Part shown: positions 56,525-64,000 of the stretch, one piece after another
How positions within the stretch are numbered: the first letter of the stretch is position 1
Layout: each line of letters opens with the position of its first letter
Assembly: GCA_951406725.2 (NCBI GenBank)
Contig: OX597815.1
Location: 9,796,001-9,860,000 of the forward strand
Length of the DNA: 64,000 bases
Reading direction: 5' to 3'
Source of the DNA: Octopus vulgaris
Taxonomy: Eukaryota
Position numbers and translations under genes: made by a program
The notes under the pieces: model-generated
The model's database searches: none
What the model was told of the DNA's origin: nothing
What the model saw: the letters and a program-made list of their open reading frames with translations, nothing else

Positions 56525-57697
56525 TCTAGTTTCTCCCCTGTATTGTCATGCATTTCAAGTGATATTTAGTCAGACAATCAGTTTTCTGAAGCTCCTGATA
56601 AAAACAGGTGTGTAATGTGATTTTGTCAGAAATATACATGTTACAGGCCTCAAGAACTTAATGCCTGACAAATTGATTAGTATAACTAAGGCCCTCTTAG
56701 AAAACTATATAGATATTTGCATAACTAAGTTCCTATTATAGGGTGTTAGGAAGGACATCCAGTGGTAGAAACCTTGCCAGAACAGATTGGAGCCTGGTGC
56801 AGCCTCCTAGCTTGCCAGTCCTCAGTCAAACTGTCCGACCCATGCCAGGATGGAAAGTGGACGTTAAACAATGATGATGATGATGAAATAGATTTAAACA
56901 CTAGGCATTTAAATTATCAATACTCTGATCAAGATAAAAATTTCTTTGTCTTTTTTCATTGAGTTTTTTTAAAACCCTAGACACATCCAATATTTGTTGT
57001 TGTCTTAAGAGGTTTTATTTTAGTATTAACTTATGTGTGTGTTTACCTGAGAAGAGTGTTTGAATAAAGTACCCTTACTTGAAAACAAGTAAGGGTTGAC
57101 ATCAAGAAGGACATCCAGTCCAAAAGCATTGTCACAAGCAGTTTTGTCCAACTCATTTTAGTATAGTAAAAACAGACATGATCAAAATATATATATACAA
57201 CATTAGCATGCCAGGCGAAATGCATAGCCGTATTTCATCTGTCGTTACGTTCTGAGTTCAAATTCCGCCGAGGTCGACTTTGCCTTTCATCCTTTCGGGG
57301 GGTCGATAAATTAAGTACCAGTTACGCACTGCGGTCGATATAATCGACTTAATCCCTTTGTCTGTCCTTGTTTGTCCCCTCTGTGTTTAGCCCCTTGTGA
57401 GTAGCAAAGAAATATATATATATATTCTACAGCTGGATGTCCTTACTAACGCCCTATAATAGGGACTTAGTTATGCAAATATCTATTTAGTTTTCTAAGA
57501 GGGCCTTAGTTATACTCTTTACTCTTTTACTTTGTTTCAGTCATCTGACTGCAGCCATGCTGGAGCACCGTCTTTAGTCGAGCAAATCGACCCCGGACTT
57601 ATATGTATATAAAGCATTTATATCAATGTTATGTATGCATAAATGTGCATATGTGTGTGTGTGTGTGTGTGTGTAAATACACACATATACACAAATT

Positions 57698-57738
<41 letters not shown>

Positions 57739-58332
57739 CTTGTCAACATTCCATTTTAGCAACTACAGCTGTATAAATGTGGTAGGTGGTGGTAAGTAAT
57801 ATATATTGAATTATAGCTGTTTGGAGATTGTTGCCTTTCTTTTTTGTTTTCTTCCTCCCTCCCCCCACCCCACCCGCCTCCATACAAACCAAAGTATTGA
57901 TAAAATGAGGTAAGAATCATCATTAGTACATATGAACTACCTTTTTTTTTTATTTACTTATTTTCTTTTCTAATAAAAGTCTGTTTAGTCTGAAATAGTT
58001 ATGAATGATGACTGTGCTTACTGACTTAACATGATTAACTTTGTTTTTTTTTAGGGGATTACCAGAGTTAAGTGAAATGACTAATGTTGCTGTTTAACCC
58101 TAGGTTAGATCTGATTAAGTAAACCTAAGACTAACGTTGTGTGTTTCAGCTGTGATCTTGGATTTTTTAAATATATTGTCATTCTGTTTAATGTTACCCA
58201 TCTGGTCTTGGGGTGCCTTCAGAAGAGTTCACAATGTTGTAAGCATTTGGGACAGGACTCTGATCTGAAGATAACAAGGGGACTTCTTTCCTTTCATCAG
58301 GCTCAGAAACCTTGAACAAATAGTCCTACCAT

Positions 58333-58504
58333 AGGCGCAGGAGTGGCTGTGTGGTAAGTAGCTTGCTAACCAACCACATGGTCTCGGGTTCAGTCCCACT
58401 GCGTGGCACCTTGGGCAAGTGTCTTCTACTATAGCCTCGCGCCGACCAATGCCTTGTGAGTGGATTTGGTAGACGGAAACTGAAAGAAGCCCGTCGTATA
58501 TATG

Positions 58505-58535
<31 letters not shown>

Positions 58536-58748
58536 TTGTGTGTCTGTGTTTGTCCTCCCAACATCGCTTGACAATCGATGCTGGTGTGTTTACGTCCCCG
58601 TAACTTAGCAGTTCGGCAAAAGAGATCGATAGAATAAGTACTAGGCTTCCAAAGAATAAGTCCTGGGGTCGATTTGCTCAACTAAAGGCGGTGCTCCAGC
58701 ATGGCCACAGTCAAATGACTGAAACAAGTAAAAAGAGTAAAAAAGAGA
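58333..58748 (+). mobile_element. SINE family 1, full-length copy
   Basis: aggcgcaggagtggctgtgtgg ... cagtcaaatgactgaaacaagtaaaagag. Confidence 0.9.
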
Positions 58749-59654
58749 ATGCTGCCCATCCTCTCAGGGGAAATAAAGTAAAATAAAATAAAATAAAATA
58801 AAAGAACGTAAAATTCTGCTTGCTGTGTTGTCTAGCCCTTAGGTCAGCACTGATGGATCAAATCTATGTTCAAAGTCTTTCCAGCCATGATCATCCTATC
58901 ATTTTGTACATCAAGGGATACATTGCCCAATGTATTATCATATTTTAAAGAATAATGCATGTGTACGTGTGTATGTGTACGTGTGTGTGTGTGTGTGCAT
59001 GTGTGTGTGTGTGTTTTGAAGGAAATTTGGCACTGGCATCAGCCACATACAGATGGTGCGTTTCACGTGCTACCAGCACAGGTATCACAACTACAATTTC
59101 CATTTGATTTTTGACCATTTTTGAAATCATGTGCGACAGAGTTTTACTTCTCTGACAAATGTTTTTACAGCTGAATGGTTATTCTTCATCTCACTAAGCA
59201 CCTAACCACTCAACTGTGATGTAAAAGTTGTAGAGCCACTTTTTATTTTCGGAAATGAGAGTGAGAGACAAACCAAGTTACATTTGTTGTTCAGAGACAC
59301 AGCGTAATGACAGTACTGAAATCTGAACTTATGACTTTGTGGTCAGTAACCCAACACCTTAACCTCACAGGTATTACGTCTCTTAGTTTTAAATCAAAGC
59401 TAACATATTTAATGAACATTATAAAAATAATTTAATTAATCAGATCAATGCAGTAATGAGAGGAAATTATTAAATCACTGTTTAAATCACTTAAAAAGAT
59501 TTCTTTATATTTTCTATAATAAACTGCATTAAAAACATAAAAGTAAAACTAATTACATTTGAATCTTTTCTAATTAACATTTCTATCACTGTCCTCCCAT
59601 TCCTATTTCACACCAATACGGTGGAAAGATGGAGCAAATTTGAAGAGCTCAAAC

Positions 59655-59935
59655 TCAGAGGAAGCATGGAACAAACTGCCGGCATCAGTCGTTAGTTGTC
59701 GGAGCACTGCATCCTTCAAAACTTCCATGCTTCCTGACATTCGGCAACACTACACCTGATTTTCTCCCATCCATACACACACACACACGCAAGCATGTAT
59801 CTGACTCATACACTGTTCACTTTCCAGACATTTGTACATTACTGTATATGCTTTATACGCACTTTTGACAAGTTGTGGTGCACCTGAGCACTGTATGCAA
59901 TACTTTCATCATCATTATTATTATTATTATTATTA
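59655..59935 (+). mobile_element. CR1-type LINE 3' fragment with (ATT)n tail
   Basis: EAWNKLPASVVSCRSTASFKTSMLPDIRQHYT* plus UTR. Confidence 0.75.
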
Positions 59936-60789
59936 CAGAAAAAATAGAAAACTTATAACTTTGAGAAGTCATCCTGAAAACATCATCCTCATCATTTAGC
60001 ATCTGCTTTCCATGTTGGCATGGGTTAGACGGTTTGGCTGAAACTGGTAAGCTAGAGAGCTGCACCAGGTTCCAATCTGATTTGGCATGGTTTCTACAGC
60101 TGGATGCCCTTCCTATAATGCCAACCACTCCAAGAGTGTAATGCGTGCTTTGTATGTGCCACTGGCACAGATGCCAGTTACGTGACACTGGCATCGGTTA
60201 CAACTCCGTTTCTATTTGGCTTGACGAGTCTTCTCAAGCATGGCAAATTAAAATAATCAAATGCACCAATCCGATCGTGGCCATTGCCAGCCTCACCTGG
60301 CACCTGTGCAGGGGCATGTAAAAAGCACCCACTACACTCGCAGAGTGGTTGGCGTTAGGAAGGGCATCCAGCTGTAGAAACTCTGCCAGATCAGACTGGA
60401 GCCTGGTGCAGCCCCTGGCTTCCCAGACCCCGGTCGAACCGTCCAACCCATGCTAGCATGGAGAATGGACGTTAAAGATGATGATGATGATGAATATGGC
60501 CCACGTCTGTCTGTCTGAGTTTTATGAAAAGTAAGTACACCATATCCCTGTCTGCCATAAGAGTCATCTAAAAGGGTTGGCAACAAGAAGGGTATCTGGC
60601 CATAAAAAGCACAACCCCCAACAGCACCTGCCAGTATGGAAATCAAACATAATACATAGATGGTGGATGCTGAACCCAAACTGAAATTATGAGTACTTGG
60701 GAAGTGGACATGGTGGTAGTAGAAAGGAAGGGAGACTAAATCGAATAAGCATATTTATGTATTAAGCATATTTATGTATTAACAGTCAA

Positions 60790-61313
60790 AATCAAACCAA
60801 ATCAACATCAGTGGAAATTGCAGCTGTGGTTAAGCGAACCATCCGATCGTTTGTCCGTTGCCAGCCTCGCCTGGCCCCCGTGCCATTGGCATGTAAAAGC
60901 ACCATCCACTCGTGTCCGTTGCCAGCCTTGCCTGGCCCCCGTGCTGGTAGCACGTAAAAACACCATCCGTTCGTGTCCATTGTCAGCCTCGCCTGGCCCC
61001 CGTGCCATTGGCACATAAAAGCACCATCCGCTCGTGTCTGTAGCCTCGCATGGCCCCCGTGCTGGTAGCACGTAAAAACACCATCCGTTCGTGGCCGTTT
61101 GCCAGCTCTGTCTGGCACCTGTGCAGGTGGCACGTAAAAAGCACCCACTACACTCACGAAGTGGTTGGCGTTAGGAAGGCCATCCAGCCGTAGAAACACT
61201 GCCAAATCTGACTGGGCCTGATGAAGCCTTCCAGCTTCACAGACCCCAGTTAAACCGTCCAACCCATGCTAGCATGGAAAACGGACGCTAAATGATGATG
61301 ATGATGATGATGA
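60790..61313 (+). mobile_element. RTE LINE 3' UTR copy with five internal ~60-bp hairpin units
   Basis: Same UTR as 42617-43228. Other truncated copies: ~7675-7965(+), 16862-17190(-), 19540-19778(+), 22350-22800(-), 25457-25682(-), 27200-27525(+), 27942-28490(-), 38035-38500(-), 47440-47982(+), 50975-51300(+), 53460-53745(-), 56745-56885(+), 59982-60245(-), 60265-60493(+). Confidence 0.85.
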
Positions 61314-61380
61314 AGCTAGACTGAAATGTAATGGATCAGCTGACAATCTTGTCATGGAGGATTGAGTAAATAAAACTAGC

Positions 61381-61777
61381 CCAAACGACCTTAACATTAG
61401 CTTCAAGGTTCATCCAAGACTGGGACCACGGGCCATACGTCCCCTGCCCAATTCAAGATCACAGCATACATGTACACTGCAACATAATTTCTTTTCCTCA
61501 ACAGGCCCTGCCCTATTTAACATTGTCCCGAAAGAGATCAAAGAGGAAAAGGATCCCATCAACTTTAAACGGAGTCTGGATAGATTCCTTCAAAGAATAC
61601 CAGATAAGCCACCCATAAATGGATACAACTCACCTAACAAGAACTCACTACTTGAATGGACCATAAACAAAACTTGACTTAAACAGGATTTAGATAATCC
61701 TATCAGGTGGTGCTATTAAGTTAGACATGGCCTGGACCAATCTTTGGTCGAAACATATCTAAGTTTATCTAAGTCTA
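61381..61777 (+). mobile_element. CR1-group LINE 3' end, not in ORF track (no ATG)
   Basis: 61381-61677 reads PNDLNISFKVHPRLGPRAIRP...FSSTGPALFNIVPKEIKEEKDPINFKRSLDRFLQRIPDKPPINGYNSPNKNSLLEW..*. It is followed by a 3' stem-loop and a (TCTAAG)-like tail. Confidence 0.8.
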
Positions 61778-62079
61778 AAATGCTATGAAGAAGGGGGAGT
61801 AGAGGGATGAGTAAGATGAAGAGGGGGGAAGAAGAAAGAAAGAAGAAAGAAAGAAGACACGAAACTGAAATCTCGGAATTAAAATTGTTGTCCTGAGTCT
61901 GTTTACTTAACGTAACCCCCCAATTATAGATTTGCAGCCTTTTCATTATATTTACACTCGTTTGAGCGTGACAGTTCCCATAGGAACCGCAACGACATGC
62001 AGCAACCAGAATATCATAATTTCTTAATTGAAGTACTGAATTCAATTATTTGTGAAGTCATTAATGAAAAGTTTTGTGC

Positions 62080-62679
62080 TGTATGTATATGTATATGTAT
62101 GTGAATATATATATATATATATATATACATATATATACATATACATACATATATATACATATATATACATACATATATATATACATATATATACATACAT
62201 ATATATATACATATATATACATACATATATATACATATATATGCATACATATATATACATATATATGCATACATATATATATACATATATATACATACAT
62301 ATATATACATATATATACATATATATGCATACATATATATACATATATATGCATACATATATATACATATATATGCATACATATATATACAAACATATAT
62401 ATACTTATATATACAAACATATATATACATATATATACAAACATATATATACATATATATACAAACATATATATACATATATATACAAACATATATATAC
62501 ATATATATACAAACATATATATACATATATATACAAACATATATATACATATATATACAAACATATATATACATATATATACAAACATATATATACATAT
62601 ATATACAAACATATATATACATATATATACAAACATATATATACATATATATACAAACATATATATACATATATATACA

Positions 62680-62719
<40 letters not shown>

Positions 62720-62741
62720 TGTATGTATGTATGTATGTATA
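62080..62741. repeat. TA-rich microsatellite evolving into a 24-bp minisatellite (acaaacatatatatacatatatat)
   Basis: About 12 units at 62390-62690. Confidence 0.9.
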
Positions 62742-64000
62742 TTGGGTCATCCCATAAACAATGCGGTCTTTTCAATTGCATAAACTAAAAGTCAGAGAAG
62801 AATAGGATAAACTACCTGCATCAGCTTGCTATAAAAGCAGGTACTAATTTTACCTTGTACTTATTCTTAGTGCAAATTTTGAAGAGTGCAGTTCGATTTT
62901 AACAGTTATTTTTTTCAAAGCTATAATGGAAGTGACAAAGGAACATGTTTGGCATATTTTGATTTATGAGTTCAATAAAGACAACAATGCAAAGGAGAGT
63001 ACAAGGCATATTAATGCAGTATATGGGGATTGGACAATAAGTATAAGCCAGTGTCAACGGTGGTTCCAGAAATTTAGAGCTAGAAGCTACAGCCTAGATG
63101 ACAAGACTCTTCCTGAAAGATCTGTAGAGCTTGACGTGGATGTCCTGCAAACTCTGGTAGAACAAAATCCCATCGTAGCTGTTGAGGAACTAGCAGAGAA
63201 TCTTGGATTTGGTCATTCAACCATTCATCGACACCTGTGTACCATCAGAAAAGTCAACAAATTGGGTCAATGAGTTCCTCACAAACATTCCAAGTCTAAT
63301 CACATGCAGGGAGTGAATATGTGCTCTTCTTTGCTGTCACGTCTCATGAATTAACCCTTTTTGGACAGAATAGTGACTGGTGACGAGAAATGGGTTCTCT
63401 ATAAAATTCGTCAAGAACCAAAGACAGTGGGTAGGGAAAGTAGAAACACTGGCACCCCAGGCTAAAGAAGGTCTTCACCCATGTAAGGTGTTATTATCCT
63501 TTTGGTGGGATATGAAAGGTTTAGTCCCCTTTGACCTTTTAAACCCAAACCAAATGATAACAAAGAAGATCTATCGCAAGCAGCTTGAACGGCTTAAATC
63601 AGCGCTAGAAGGAAAACGACCATCTTTGGTTTCATGACAAAAGATGTTCTTCCATGAGAATATTTGGCTACATACAGCAAGGATGACATTCCAAAGGCTG
63701 GAGCGGTTTGAATGGGAAACGATGCCCCACCCATCATATTCGCCGGACATTACTCGATCTGATTATCATTTATTCCACAGTCTTCAAAATCGTTTGGATG
63801 GAAAAAATATGAATTCTGTAGAGAAGGTCATAACAGTACTGGAGGAGTATTTTTCGTCACGGTCAAGTGAATTTTGGAAGCAGGGCCTTGCAAGTCAACC
63901 AGATAGATGTAAGAGCATTGTAGAAAATGAAGGAGAGTATATTTTAGATTAATAAAGAATTTATCTTAATTTTGAAAAATAAAAGGAGTATAAAAAAACC
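62742..64000 (+). mobile_element. Near full-length mariner (Tc1/mariner, DD34D-type) element; right TIR cut by window end
   Basis: TA followed by TIR ttgggtcatcccataaa... Transposase remnants span 62926-63952, and the window ends in aaaaaacc, consistent with the start of the right TIR. Confidence 0.9.
62926..63952 (+). pseudogene. Mariner transposase pseudogene (stops and frameshifts)
   Basis: HTH region (CQRWFQKFR...STIHRHL), WVPHEL motif degraded to *VPHKH, VTGDEKW, second catalytic D replaced (FFHEN), YSPDITRSDYHLF, C-terminal GEYILD. Confidence 0.9.

Overview
AT-rich eukaryotic, repeat-dominated non-coding DNA. It is most likely from an octopus/coleoid cephalopod; this is an inference from the SINE repertoire and microsatellite density. 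I can support no host protein-coding exon, tRNA, rRNA or CRISPR array, and almost all ORFs in the track are microsatellite or repeat translations. Recognisable content: four tRNA-derived SINE families, many 3' ends of an RTE-clade LINE, CR1-group LINE 3' ends, three decayed mariner copies, four non-autonomous Helitrons, a piggyBac-type MITE (solo, dimer and 10-copy tandem array), a 222-bp SINE-derived satellite and many micro/minisatellites. The most notable signal, invisible in the ORF track, is a set of minimal type I hammerhead ribozyme motifs: five with an intact catalytic core and one core variant, all on the minus strand. They lie in Penelope-like fragments next to (TA)n tracts, some with long inverted repeats. 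All structures were read by eye, and repeat boundaries are approximate.
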